DNA of 64,000 bases, taken from NCBI RefSeq assembly GCF_963676685.1, contig NC_092357.1:35526001-35590000 (forward strand), written 5' to 3'. Both the position numbers and the translations under genes were made by a program. The notes beneath the pieces are model-generated. The model was not told the origin of the DNA. It saw nothing but the letters and a program-made list of their open reading frames with translations, and did no database searches. This document shows positions 1 to 13,776 of the stretch, piece by piece. This stretch comes from Mytilus edulis. Lineage: Eukaryota. Position 1 is the stretch's first letter, and each line of letters opens with the position of its first letter.

Positions 1-944
1 TGTTAAAGGGGTTCCCAACCGTGAATATTAAATAATATATACCGATTTGATTGGCCAATAAATGTTTTAACACACGACGCCATCAATTTACGTAAATATT
101 TTGGAAATATACAGACGATATTTCGCAATCCACGGCTCCTAGGAAAGTTTCTTGTAGTGTAACGTAAAGCGGGAAATACGCGTTTATGTAGTTAAAAATT
201 GGTAATTTTAAATTATTAACCTTTTTTTTACATTTAGGCTTCTTCCTTTTTTTCCTAAATTGTTACATTATTTGGAGAATTGCGATTTAATGTTATTTTT
301 TTGTATCGTTTGTATCAAATTTTATTTTTATATTAAAACTAGAAATTGACCTGTTGTCTCACAAGGAAACAGCTGTTTTGACGTTTTTTTTATGGAAACA
401 ATCCTAAATATTCTAAAAACTTTTCACCCACATTTTGTCGGTTTCAATTATTAAAGTGAGCAATATTGAATTTCATGCTAAATACAGGAGCTTACCAGAT
501 TAAATTAACGCGACCTATTTAAATAGTCAAAACAATAAGTTTTTATTCCAATTACAATTGAACTTTTTATATCAATTCGAGATTTATGTCATGTTGATCT
601 GTAATATATTTATTTGTATTAAAACTTGACCAACTTCTTAAAATCTGACAGACCGTACGCGAACAGTCCGACGTATGCCGCGTATTTTGAAAAAGTACTT
701 GTACCGTAAAAATACTCATATGGTCTGGAACATAGACATCTATCTATATTGTTGAAAACTATACTATACTATGTTGCCTTCTGGATGTCCTTAGTTTGTC
801 TTTGTCATTTGATTGCTGTTTTATTAACGTATAACCTACATTTCCAACAGTTTTGTATAGCTAAAACGGTTATTGTGTATAGAATAATTGTCTTTCTTTC
901 CTTAAATAATATGTTAAAAAGAAGAAGGACCGAAGAGAGATGTG

Positions 945-1043
945 CACAGGTACTTGTTTCGATCTATCAATGGGAAGGTCGACTATCCATATATATTACA
1001 TATTGATAGTCGACCTTCCTATTGATAGAAACAGGTGCATGTG
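945..1043 (+). other. ~100-nt inverted repeat (hairpin)
   Basis: 964-987 pairs with 1005-1028 (23/24) and 945-960 pairs with 1028-1043; 17-nt AT loop. Confidence 0.8.
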
Positions 1044-1785
1044 GCGATGTCCCTAAATAAAAAAAATAAAGTAAACAGAAAAAAAATGCTCCACGTTTCA
1101 ATCTTTAACTTTCCCTCCCCCTTCCAAGTTTTTTTCTACTGTATTTTTTTTTTAAGACATGTCGCATCTACACAAAGTCTTATTGATCTGCAGCTTACCC
1201 CCTTTCAATTTTGGTATACATGATCTACATTAAATTCGATCCAAAAATAGTCACTCGAAAGGCATACATATCTAAATAGTTGCAATAAGTTGCATTAACC
1301 ACGAAACTAATTACAGTCAGATATTTATTTCGATATTCTTATTAAAATACATTTCTTTTTTGGCCGAAATTACAAAAAAAAAATGATTATTATCTGGTTT
1401 AACTGTGAAACACTGATTTCAGATTTATATTGTACATATATATAACTTTGAAAATGGGAATAAAACATCCTTCTTTAAACGTTTTATCGATTACCACTGT
1501 GCCTGTAGTGATATAATTATAAATAGATTTCAGAACGCGGACGTGATAGAAAGCCTATTTATTAAATTGTTAAGACGAACGCCAGTAGGAAATAAGATGA
1601 GTAAACAATGATTAATACCTTTGATTTGCATTAAGTTAGTTGCTTGAATATACAAATAATCCAACGAAGTAAGACTTCAAGTGTAGTTCTATGATATTGA
1701 AGATTCTTCTTCGTCTTCTAACATTTGAGGCATCTTGACCAAGAATAAAGAACGCTGCAGCCATGTTAGATGGATTAATTCATTT

Positions 1786-1970
1786 TCGTAGAAAAACTAC
1801 GATGGAGTTACGACTGGGTATAGCTGTAGTAAGTTACGCTAGGATTTACGCTTTTTTTACGATCATCTTAACTTACGACGGCTTTGTGAAACGGCTGTAA
1901 ATCCTACGATTTATTTACGATGGACTTACGATGACACGTAGACTTACGAAGGCTTTGTGAAACGGTGGCC
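1786..1970. mobile_element. Right end of a PIF/Harbinger-like non-autonomous element
   Basis: Clustered TTACGA subterminal repeats ending in GGCTTTGTGAAACGGTGGCC; no matching left terminus found. Confidence 0.45.
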
Positions 1971-3853
1971 TGTTTATTAAATCTTATATTTACCACATAC
2001 AATGTTTAAATAGGAAGAAATGCTTAAAAGCTGTTTTTTCGCAGATGGCGGTATTTTGGGCAACTGTATGAGTTGTTATGATTTGCTGTTTGATTAGAAG
2101 TAAGCATAATTTTAGGATATTTTATGATGTCATAAACTTCTTTGATAGTCATTACAGGGTTTTACTCAGTTTTAATTGATAAGCATTTGCACCAGAACAT
2201 GCAGAAAGAAAAATTTGGGTTTTCACACATTTTGTTAACTTTTACTCGAATTTCAGGAAACATGTGCTCTCTGTCAAAAACATGCTTTAAATATTAAAAA
2301 ATGTATTTTAATAATGACTGTTAATCTATCTGCTAAACGTTTAAATTGTTTGCATGTGTGAATTTAGCATATAAAAGTCATATGTAATCAGGCTGAAATC
2401 TTAGAAAATATGCACTTATTCGTCCTTGGTCTTTGATCTTGATTTGACGGAAATTGCACCGTACGATTTTTTTACGACCGGGCAAAACAGATAGTACAGA
2501 TGTGTAGCTTTCAAATGATATATAATTTAGCCGTGTGTTAGGTAGGTGCATTAAACATTTAATTTTATGGTTAAAGTCACTCGCCTAAGAAGTCCTATTG
2601 ACATTTACTAGTTGGCAAGACAACAAAAGTAGCCTAAACGTCTTTACATGGCAATTAAAGGAAATGTACAGGTGATCAGGGATGCTTTACAAAAATAATT
2701 ATTAAGCATGATAGTACAATAAGTACAGTATAGTTTATTTATTTAAAAACGAAATAAGGGAGTGCGTATTTTTGACAAACTCGAAGGAATTTTTCGTTTT
2801 TTTCTGGCAGTTTATTTAATCCTTTGTATAGAGATGTTTCACAACGGTAACATTAACTCTCTGGAAACATTATTGGTTTCATTTTGCTGATGCATTTAAC
2901 AATTACAATACTGATGTTTATTAAACTTAGGATTATATGACGTCAACATTAACCACTATGAGTCTTTTTCTAAAGCATCCATGCTATTAGATCTATCTAT
3001 AAAGAACCTTACAGTGAAGATAAGGGACTATGTTTTTAAATATTGTTTTAACTTGGAAATACGCCGGTATTCACAAGAGTGTTGTTCATGTTGTTATATA
3101 GTAAATAGAAAAAAAAGGTATAATCTGAAATTCTCCCATCTCTTGCATCATTTTTTCTACTTGAGCGATTCGTATTGTCAATATCCAGATGAAAGATCAA
3201 GATATCAGCTTAGCATTATTGTTTGGGGGGTAATTTTTATTACTTTACGACTGGATAAATACGTTCGCAGGTAACACACAAAAAGTTTGACCATGAAAGA
3301 TTAATGTAAGGTTGAATCTGTTTCATGTCGGACTAGTTATTGCAGTATTATCGAGATTAAAACAAGGAATACAAGTGAAAAGGTTATATAAGTCTATTGT
3401 TTTATACTAAACCTGTATGTTCTATGAAATTTTGACATATCGTTTGGATAATTCAAAATCAGCGTCTTCTTTGTTTCGGAGCATTTGGCAAACCTAGTCC
3501 ACACTTGTGTACATTTGGTAATCAGACCTGAGAAAGAAGATAGAGTTTTTCAATTTTGTATCCAATTTCTAAAGAAACATAGAGTACAAAAAGGTAGATC
3601 TATGAATGGTAAGGATTTTTTGCGGTCCTTATCATCGTGGCAGTGTATGTTCAGTTGGTCAGAGAAATTATTTATGCATCAATAAATCATGCCTTCTTTT
3701 GTTGTTTTATTGTTTTGAAGATTTCTCCCTAAATGTATCACCAGCTCAGAAGTGAACACATCTGTGTTCACATAAATCTTTATTGATATAATATTTTAAA
3801 ATTACGTTAATAAATGACAACAAATTACCAATTTTAAGAACATGTTATAATAA

Positions 3854-4253
3854 TATATACTGCAGCTGTGCTATTTGAGCAGTCAAATTGCATTGAATGT
3901 ATATTCCTATGTGATATACTGTCACTGACCATATATCACCTTGTTTATGACGTTGACAGTGCGTTTCCATAGAGTTTTATTTATGACGTCCATAAAGCAT
4001 ACAGGTTTGCGGAAATTTAATGTTGTCCGCTCCAAATTAAAAAACAATGATTTTTACCCTAAATACTTCATTTAGAACAGTTATAAGAGCTGCAGTATAT
4101 AAAAAATAACCATACATTGTCTTGAAATATAAAAGTTATTTGTACTCGGCTCGAAACAGTTAGAAATGCTCGGCACAGCCTTGCTTTCTACCTGTTTCTA
4201 AGCCTTGTACAAATAACATTGATATTTCGAGACAATGTATGGTTGTTCTATAT
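3854..4253 (+). mobile_element. Short-IR plus terminal-hairpin element (Crypton-like, non-autonomous)
   Basis: 14-bp IR TATATACTGCAGCT (3854) / AGCTGCAGTATATA (4088), followed directly by a ~140-bp hairpin at 4108-4244. Confidence 0.55.
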
Positions 4254-5529
4254 TTGTCTGTTGTTTTCATGCCAGCAGTTATTTACTTGCTTGCTATTAT
4301 TACTTTACCATTTTGAAACAAATTTTCAATTATTTTAGGTTGAGAAGGCTGTTGAAGGAATTACAGAACTACAAAAACATATGTTAAGGTCTAAAAATCA
4401 AGAACTTGCCAGAACAGATATAGGTAAAGAAATGAATGTTAATGATGTCACCATTACTTGTGATTGGGCAATGAAGTTTTTGCCCAGGAGATATCGGGAG
4501 GGCCAAATGGATTGGTTCGCTAAAAGGGGAATAAACTTGCATGTGTCAGTATCATTGGTAAAACTGGAAACAAAGATGTGCAGCTTTTCTCATATTCACA
4601 TCTTTAACAATCAAACTTCACAGGATGCACCAACAACTACTGCAGTTATTTGTGATGTTGTGAAAGATTTACAGGCAGCTATTCCAATTTAAATGAACTA
4701 TCTATCTTCAGTGATAATGCTGGTTGTTACAAGAGCACTATGACATTATCAACTTTACCTCATGAAATATGAATTTTCAAGAATTTGCAAGTTTAAAAAA
4801 GCATGTTTTCCTGGAATTTATTACAAATGTATTATTATGTGGATCTGCAATACAGTTACCTTATGTGGATTCAATAATATTCATACATGAAATTTATGTT
4901 TTTTACACCCAATCTTTGAATCTTGATGGATAAAAGCACGTCTTGTTTTATATTGATCCTATCAGAATTCATTCAGTATCCAATCTTTTGTAGGCAATTG
5001 ATTATGTACCAAGGAAACCTGACAGGGTGAAGGTTGTGGACACAATCCATGATTTAGATGTCACCAAGAATAAAGATACTATCACCAATATTACAAGTTT
5101 TTACAACTTTAGATTTGAGAGCAGTCATTTGAGGATGACGCAGGCATACAATATTGGTGAAGGTATTACTTTTATATTCAATATAAAGAAAGAAAAAAAG
5201 ATTACAAATAACATATTGTTTTAAACATAACACAACCACTGAAAATAATATAGGGTCTGGCTTCTACATATTGTATCTTCCTCCTAAAACCTGGGTTAGT
5301 ATTTAAAAGAATATAAAGACACTTAAAAGCAATACCAATACTAACTATAATGCAACTATTTTGTATCAATGATTCTGATTCGATGACAGTTAGCGTAAAA
5401 TTCTCTATCTCCTTGTCTGTAACTAAGGAAGCTGACATTTGGAATTGCTGAATGTATTGACATGTAATTTCTACAATAATAAGCAAAAAAACTCACATGT
5501 TGCACCTAAAAATCTTCTTTTTATCAAAC

Positions 5530-5892
5530 TTTATTACATTCTGAAGCGGCACAGATTCCAGAAAATGCCCGGTGTTTATGTTTGACGCCGGAAGCATACC
5601 TATGACGTCACCTAGTGTAGGGACCAAAGAAGATAACATTTTTCGCGGAATTTTCTTTAATGAAGATTTTTACACTGAAATAATGATTGAATTTTAATTA
5701 TGAACTTGTTTTGCATTAGAACAGAGATAACTATTGTATTTGAAGCTTTTGCGGACTTCCATCGGTAGTTTTACTGTCGCAAATACCCATTTACCTGTCT
5801 CCACTCCGCGTCGCCAGGTAAACTAAATTTGCGACAATAAAACTACCGATGGACGTCCTTAAAGCTTCAAATACAATACAGTTATCTTTTAA
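5530..5892 (+). mobile_element. CATTAGAA plus hairpin element (Crypton-like)
   Basis: CATTAGAA (5714), then a ~165-bp hairpin 5725-5887 ending TTAA; related to 9352-9528 and 38012-38172. Left boundary approximate. Confidence 0.55.
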
Positions 5893-6004
5893 ATTTAATA
5901 AGCTCAGCACTTCAACTTAAAACATATAAAATTAAATCATCTTAATAAAAGGTTGCATACTTCATTTTGTACTTAGAATGCCCACCATTTAATGTCAGCC
6001 AGAT

Positions 6005-6454
6005 GGTCCGAGACCACAATTGTCGTCCCTTGATTTTCGTTGTTCACGAACATAGTCCCTAGTGTTGACAGTGGGTTACTTGCCATTAATTTTTATACCC
6101 CTTTCAAATTAATTTCTCCATGTTTAATGCCTCAAATTGCAAGTAGGGGGTGAAATTACACTGTAAAAAAAATTTTGGTCCAGAATTGTAAAGGAAAGTA
6201 GTGATTTGGTCAGGTGAAAAAGGTTGGAAATTAGTACTTCGGAAGCTGTCAAAAGATTTCAAGACGCCCTAAATATAAAATTGTGCATATTTTGAGTTAG
6301 AGCCGATGAGGTTTTCTATAATTTTGATATAATTTGTCCCAAAAGTAGTACAACACACTGTAAAAGTTTCTTTGAGAAAGCGCAGGTGGGATTTTTTTTA
6401 TTTTCATTTATGTTCTAAAAGAAATGCACTACGAAATAATTGTGGTCTCGGACC
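6005..6454. mobile_element. 450-bp MITE with 17-bp TIRs and a 4-bp TSD (AGAT)
   Basis: GGTCCGAGACCACAATT ... AATTGTGGTCTCGGACC, with AGAT on both flanks. Confidence 0.9.
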
Positions 6455-6471
6455 AGATAATAAATAGAGCC

Positions 6472-6743
6472 TTTTGATAAAAAAAAAAAAAAGGCCACAA
6501 ACTCCTAAACTAGAATGTATGCTATAAAACTGCAGGTAATTTTATATCATAGCATTGATAATCTTAAAGTCATAAGCTTTCCTGAAATGAAAATTGAAAT
6601 TAATTTTTATGACGCTATGATATAAAATTACCTGAAGTTTTATAGCATACATTCTAGTCTAGGAGTTTGTGGCCTTTTTTTTTTTTTTATCAAAAATTTC
6701 AATTTTCATTTCAGGAAAGCTTGTGACTTTAAAATTATCAATG
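6472..6743. repeat. Interleaved inverted repeats A-B-A'-B'
   Basis: A 6472-6553 pairs with A' 6614-6695; B 6553-6600 pairs with B' 6696-6743. Confidence 0.85.
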
Positions 6744-6849
6744 AATTCTTTGCAGTTAAAAGTACTTAATGACTGGACAGAGATGTCTTTAAACGGTCTC
6801 ATTACTGAAGGTAATTTTATAATTATTTCATTTACTAACTGTCACGTAC

Positions 6850-7172
6850 CAAAGAGGGATGAAAGATACCAAAAGGACAGTCAAACTCATAAATCGAAAA
6901 TAAACTGACAACGCCATGGCTAAAAATGAAAAAGACAAACAGACAAACAATAGTACACATGGCACAACATAAAAAACTAAAGAATAAACAACACGAACCC
7001 TATCCAAAAACCAGGGGTAATCTCAGGTGCTCCGGAAGGGTAAGCAGATCCTGCCCCACATATGGCACCCGTCGTGTTGCTTATGTGATCACAAATCCGG
7101 TAAATAGTCTAATTCGGTAGGTCACATTCATGAAAGGGAAGGGGACTGTAGTTAAGACGTAAAGAACATATC
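6850..7172 (-). repeat. Dispersed repeat derived from the 3' end of Penelope-like elements
   Basis: Core CTCAGGTGCTCCGGAAGGGTAAGCAGATCCTG, also seen near 16480, 19300, 27490, 47900 (opposite strand), 58960 and 63870; contiguous with RT coding sequence at 27330-28240. Confidence 0.7.
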
Positions 7173-9351
7173 CAAACTTAAGCACCCTTGAAAGACAATG
7201 ATCATTATTATAATTTGTCACAAAATGGAGGAAACCAACACAAATTTAAATAAACCTTGTTATCTACTTATGCATCATTTAAATTTCCTGTTTGTGGGTA
7301 ACAGGATTAGGGATGTAGACATAATCTTGTTATAGTTAATCAGACTGTCCAATGTTGAAAGAAATATTCATACAAGTAGTATTGTTGTCCTTTTTAGGTC
7401 CCTGGTCCACTTCTGGCATAAGCTTTTTCAAAAATCTTCTAATGAGGGCCAATTGGAACTGCGAATGGTTACATGTGGTTACATGTAGTAAATTAGAATT
7501 TTACTGTGGTTTTTTTTTTGGAAACATATTTATTTTATTTATCCTCTTTTTAGGAGCAGAACAGGCTTCAAAACAGCATATAGTTGTCCTATGGAGGGCT
7601 GCATTTGGGTGTTCAAGAACCAGATCAGTCTTGATCAGCACCTCCTTCAAGGCAACTGTGAATACAAGCTAGAGAAAGGCCCATTAAAAGATCAGCAAAA
7701 GTTCTGTATGCCCAAATGCTGTCCAATAATGTACAGCATTGTCCTGATATGCAAGCTGCCTTACTACAAAATGCATTTACTCCAGGCTTGAGTGTCAAAG
7801 AAATTGGATGGGCATTAAAAGTGAAAAAGAAAAAGATTTTCTTTAGTGTCAAACAGAAGGAATTTATGACAGATTTATTTAATCAAGGGGGAAAATCTGG
7901 CTCCAAAATAGACCCTTATACAGCTGCAGAACATATGAGATCAGGTGTATATACCTTTAGGAAAGACGAATTCTTAACTGCCCAGCAGATAATTGTTTTT
8001 TTTCTAGAATGGCACAACAACAGAGAAAAACAGATAAGCATGACTATAAATCAGCTAAGTCTGAAATTGTCAGATCACAACTGAAAACAGAGATTTTAGA
8101 GACAATTGAAGACTAAACAAGTGCTATTGACATTTTGTACTAAAATAAATTTAATTTTGCCATCACTTGATATCCATCAGCAGCAATTAAATTTTTTTCC
8201 AAAATTTACATCTGTCACGACAGAAAAGGTTTGAAACACATCATTTGTGACAAAAGTCTTCAGACACAATACAAGTCTGAGTGGGGATCATAAATTGCCG
8301 TTCAATGTAAGGGAAGAGACAAACACTTAAAAGACTTCAATACAAATTAGATAAAAAGAAGAGATAAATAAAAAGTACAGAGATATTTATATAAGTTATA
8401 GTACCTAGTTTTAAAATGCACTAAATTAAATAAGCTTACACTTCTGAAGTTCTGTTAGATTTAAGATTAAATTTGAACATAACGCTAAATTATAGGTGTT
8501 GCAATTTAAATTGAATTAATCACATTTTTTATCTGAAATCTCTAAACCAATTATCCTAACAGATTATGGCCATATAATCATGATATATCTGACTTTTCAA
8601 ACCTAATGATACAAATTTTTATGACATTTGTGAAATGTAATGATGCTGATGTTTATTTTGATATTTTATTAGTACACATTTGAATGTATTAACTATTCAT
8701 TTGAATACTGGTACATCTTTTTGTCAATATGTTCAAACTTGATTAGGTGATATATCTGTAACCATAGCAGTTTGAACTTACTTATGAGAATTGCTTGAAA
8801 GTTTTGTAATACCTGTACAATGTCATTGATATACATATATAGACATGTTGGCACTGTTAGCAGATAAGCTTTAAGTGAACTGAATTAGCATTTTTAACAT
8901 GCTGTGTATGTTTGTGAGTATTTGCCTACTTTTTCTATTGATATTTCTTGGAAAAAGGACTATTCTAAAGCAATTTGTTTGTATCATTGAATTTCTATTT
9001 GCTACCACTCAGCGTAAATTCAAAAATCTACCTTCCATAACTAAGGTTCTTCTTGAACAGATACAAGAAGCAGCCATATTGGATTGAACATGATATTTTC
9101 CGAATAAACAAGCAAATTTCAAAAATGTCTACCAAAACTACTTTTTATCAGTTTATATCCAAATTTAACGAGTTAACAAAGCTGTTAAACATACAATGTT
9201 AATGTTTTACACTGGAAGTATTCATATGATGTCATAATGTTGCTATGAAGGTTAGGTGCCAAAGAAGTCATCAATGTATTGTGGAATATTTGATTTAAGC
9301 AACTTTATGTCCAAATAAAAAAACCAGAAACAACATTTTTATTGACTATTG

Positions 9352-9528
9352 CATTAGAAAGGACATAACTGTATTGTATTTTAAGTTTCGTGGACTTAAA
9401 TCTAGATTTTACTGTTGCAAATATCAGATTACCTAGCTTTGCCATATGTGCCTAGGTAAACTCAATTTGCAACAGTAATATCTATTTTATGTAGAAAAAC
9501 GTTCAAATACAATACAGTTATCTTCTAA
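9352..9528 (+). mobile_element. CATTAGAA plus hairpin element end (Crypton-like), older copy
   Basis: ATAACTGTATTGTATTT ... AAATACAATACAGTTAT arms, homologous to 5725-5887. Confidence 0.5.
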
Positions 9529-11124
9529 AGTACCGTAACATGATTGTACCAATATGACTTAAATATAAAGAAATTTGCATGTACTTAGACGGTGTTTTAC
9601 TTGATTTAAAAAATTTAAGATGGACAAGCATTTTACCCACATTGCTTTATAAATAGCAAACTTTGTTGATCTGTATCAGTTAAAAACTAATATGCACAAT
9701 CAGTTCTTTCTTCCCGCTGTATTCAATTACAGATATAAATATTAAAAAATGAAAAAATACATACTCAATTTGAGAACAGAAAAAATTGTAAAATTTTGAA
9801 AATTCGGTTACCATAACAACCATTTTTATTAAATTTCATGAACCAAAAATATATTTCTGGACTGAAAATTTTTATATGTAAATTACTTGGATCATTATTG
9901 ACTTATTTAAAAGTCCTTTATAGGTGGTTTCTAAATATACCTCACTTTTAACTGGGAGACGCTGCATTTAAGATAAAAATCCACTTGAATATCCTGTATT
10001 TATGCGTTTTTAACTGAAATCCAAATTTGCCATTTCACCATATCTTTACTAGCTGGTAGCAGAATAATTGATATGGTAAATGTTAATCATATGTGAATTT
10101 TAAAGAGCTTAAAGGACATTTATATTATATTATTTAGAAAAAAAAGGTTATGTTATACATAAATAAAGTACTACACAGTGCGACATGTCGCTTTTTCACC
10201 TTTTCAAGAGTTGAAATTTGACCTTTTATTGCTTAAATCAACCTATGTGGTTTCCATGGCAACCGGGATATTCCAGAAAAATTTGTTGTCTGTTATTGCC
10301 TTTAGGTAAGGTACTGGATATTATGTTTAATTTCTATCAAAATCTGAGACCATGTGTGCCAGACCCTATTAGCATTTCTTTGGTGGTTACATCGAATTGC
10401 TCTTAATTACGTATAAACTGTTTATTATTTTTTTGCATTTAAAAAAAAATAAGGATGTTTTACCCAAGGAAATTATAATTTTAACAAAATCTTTCGGAAT
10501 TTCAGTCATTTTGTAATCGATTTGTCCGTTTCGATACAAACATCGTCACATTAGAATAACCATGGAGTTTTCACTGGTTCATTTATACTACCAATACGAC
10601 TGATGTAACATTTGGAGCAGGATTTAATCACCCGTCTGAATCAACTGATATCTCTAGATCTTCAGCTTGAGTTTCTCAGTCATGAGTTTTGTATATGTTT
10701 TGTATACTGTTGTTTGTTATTTGGTTTTCCGTTTTAGGCTCTATCAGTTTGCCGTCAACTACTGAGCATGAATATTCGTTTGACATGTTCGGTATTTCCC
10801 GCTTTCCCCCCCTTGCTAGTAAAATGGAAAAAGAGTTATACAGTAGGGCATTTGACTGTTAAGATTCACTTGGGAAAACAGAACATGATACATTACTAAT
10901 ATTTACTACAGGATGAATTCGGCAAACAAATTATGAATGGCAACTTATTTGTTTAACACTTTATAAATATAGAGCTAGTATGAATACTATGAAAAACAAC
11001 AGCTTTTCCGTTGACGGTTGATACATGCAAATGATATTCACGAGGCAATCTATCCTAAAGTACAACAACATGACTTCATTTATATAGATACAAAAGAATG
11101 ATTGAGAGAAATATGGTCAAATAT

Positions 11125-11236
11125 GTTAATTTCAAGGTATATCTGCTTGACATTTCATCAGTTAATTTCAAGGTGTATCTTCTTGACATTTAATCAGTTA
11201 ATTTCAAGGTATATCTTCCTTACATTTAATCAGTTA
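11125..11236. repeat. 36-bp minisatellite, 3 copies
   Basis: GTTAATTTCAAGGTRTATCT..TT.ACATTT.ATCA at 11125, 11161 and 11197. Confidence 0.9.
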
Positions 11237-13776
11237 CATTCAATCACGTCATTGCAAAGGTCAATAAGACTGTATAAAATATGAACTAAAACGACTGTCT
11301 GATATCAACAAAATAATGTTTAGTACTAAAGGCGAACATGCAAACACGAGACCTCTGAGAAGCTTTTTAATATTGAAATATAAAAGTTGTAACTACTGTT
11401 TTCCTACCTAAAGTATGAACAAAAACTTTTACTTTCTTTTTCCTAAAAGGTAGATTGGGTGGAGGGTTGAGGAATGAATTATAATACGAAGATATTAGAA
11501 ATACTTTGTCAAAATGTAGTTTATGAAATACTTTTCAAATATATAATAAAAAGTATGGGTAACAAGGCCTTTTTTCACACTACAGGTTGTGCAAAAGTTA
11601 AAAATTTTGTCTACATTATAAATTATAAACCATCTTTGTGTGAAAAAAAGAAAATTAAGCATAGAATTTTTAACAACAAAATAAGATAAGTTAGCTCTTA
11701 TAATATGTTTTCTGTTAAAAAAAGAGAAGTGAGTCACTTGTTTTCTTGCAGCACATTAGCAAAAGGTACAAATTCACAACACATAATATTATAAAAGTTA
11801 CTTTTAAAATTTTAGTTATTTCCCATTATATGATTATATCTAATCTTTCTCCTTTTATTTGTCAAATTTAAACAGTGCTCCCATCAATCAAAAATGTTCT
11901 GTTTTTATCTATTGATTTGTAAAATGCAACTATGATGATATGCATAATTGTCTACATTTACATGAACATTATAACACATGAACTACATAATACTCTCGAC
12001 ATTTGAACATTTCATTTAAGATGTACACCGATTGTTATCTGCTAGTCAAAATCTTAGATGGAGCAAGACAACCCAGCTAAAGAATGCATCATTGATACAT
12101 TGTGATATTTAAAGGGCTTTTGATAAGTGACTGTTTGTCACCATTTTCTTACTCTTTTTTTCACACAGATTCTTTTTATCATTCAGATGAAACTACGCGA
12201 GAAAATACCGACAGCTTCAGGATTGCATTTGGTATGAATTGATTAAAAGTACAATGAAACACAACAAATTTGCTTGTCACCCATTTATTTCCTTTTCACT
12301 GAAATAAAAAAGGACTTTAATTCAAAGAGCATCTGATAAGTGACTGCTAATCATGTTTTAAATTTTGTTTTTCTTTTTTTCACACATTTTCGTTATTATT
12401 TAGTTGACTTTGGGGCAAACATACTCACATCTTAAATCAAAATGTATTTGTTTTTGGTGATTAACAATATGAATCATCTATAAAAAAGAAGATGTGGTAT
12501 GACACTATTGTGTTATTTTCATTCTAAAATTTCTAAAAGAAAGACGTTTTCATTAATTATATGGCATTAATATCTAAAGAGCATTTGCTAACTGAATACG
12601 TATCACATTAAAGCCTTTTTTCTCGTGTTGATGTATTGATTTTTTCTCTTATTCAGATAACTCAAAAAATCTAGAAAAAACTATGTGATACTCTTGCACT
12701 TTTAGCTGGATTAAACAGAAATTGTACCGTTCAAGAATGTAAATAAACATCAATGAGTAAGTTGGTGTATAAGTAATATTTAGAGCGTCATTACATTAAT
12801 TTGGATAACCTGTTTTAAGAACTAATATAAGGCTTTTTGAATACATTTATCTGTCGCATGTTGCTAGGTTTTTGTTGACTGAGAGATGTTTTTAGACTGT
12901 TGAATTTTCAAATTGCATCCATAGCTTATATTGTTCACGGCACCTAGTACTACAAAACCTGACAAGTTTGCAATAGAACTATTTAGATATGTTGATTTTG
13001 AGATTTTGTCGTGGACATCTTGTGAAAAAGTCTCCATAAAAGGGGGTCCAACCCCTCCTTCAGGATCCACCACCAGCATGGCTCCTTTCAAAGCTCAGAC
13101 ATCTAAATTATACGAAGTGAGATCATTTTTTCCGTAAATTACAAGCCCCGAAAATCCTTTCGTGATGCGGCTCCTAGTGGGGGAAAAAATGCTTTTTCTT
13201 TGAAATTTTAAAACTGACCGAATTTCATTTGTTTTTGAAATTCTTGCATTCTATGCCTTACGTATATTTGATTACAATACAAAAGATATTGTAACTCGTA
13301 ACTAACAAAACAATGTCAAAAAAGGTCTGCAATTATATCATGTTCCTTTTGAATTTAAAGCGACTATTATTAACACAATCAAAGTTAGTAAAAGATGAAC
13401 CAAATATATCAAAGGGACAATAAACACATATTCTAAAACTAAGCACAAGATTGGAAACTTAAAACTGAGCAACACGAACTTCGACTCATAAGAAACCGTG
13501 TAAGTATAAATCGTGCTTCCTTAATGACATAAGCTCGATCAATTCTTATCTGAAATTTCTAGATATTAGTTATATATCACAGATTTATTCCATATAACTA
13601 TAATGAAACAAGTTTTTTCCCTGTATCTTTTAATAGAGCTTCAAAGTCATAACTTTGTATATGACTATACTGTTACATGTTCTAGTGTGGCTCATATGGG
13701 CATTTCGATCCTCGTTTTTTTCTATAGATTAGACCGTTTGTTTTCAAATTGAAATTTTTCCAAACCAGTCATTTTA

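Larger units (their letters stand above)
4339..8116 (+). pseudogene. Multi-exon DDD transposase pseudogene, Sola3-like
   Basis: Exon pieces 4339-~4770 (DWAMKFLPRRYREGQMDWFAKRG; after a frameshift, FSDNAGCY), 4966-5162 (ITSFYNF...AYNIGE), 6715-6810 (GKLV..., phase-matched) and 7554-8116 (CPMEGC..F..L.QH zinc finger; GWALK...KIDP...MR...FLTAQQI..FFSR). Several frameshifts and a stop; the third catalytic segment is missing. Confidence 0.75.
4339..10402 (+). mobile_element. Sola3-like DNA transposon, left end not found
   Basis: Transposase remnant plus a right terminus ...GAATTGCTC|TTAA (10402/10403), matching the GAG...CTC termini and TTAA target of Sola3. Confidence 0.55.

Noticed and set aside
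5231-5345. Possible left TIR of the Sola3-like element (AACCAC...TAGGGTCTGGC similarity to the 10402 end)
   Set aside because: Similarity is patchy and it lies inside a transposase intron; at most a fragment of a related element.
11125-11236. CRISPR-like 36-bp repeats
   Set aside because: Units are contiguous with no spacers, and the context is eukaryotic; it is a minisatellite.
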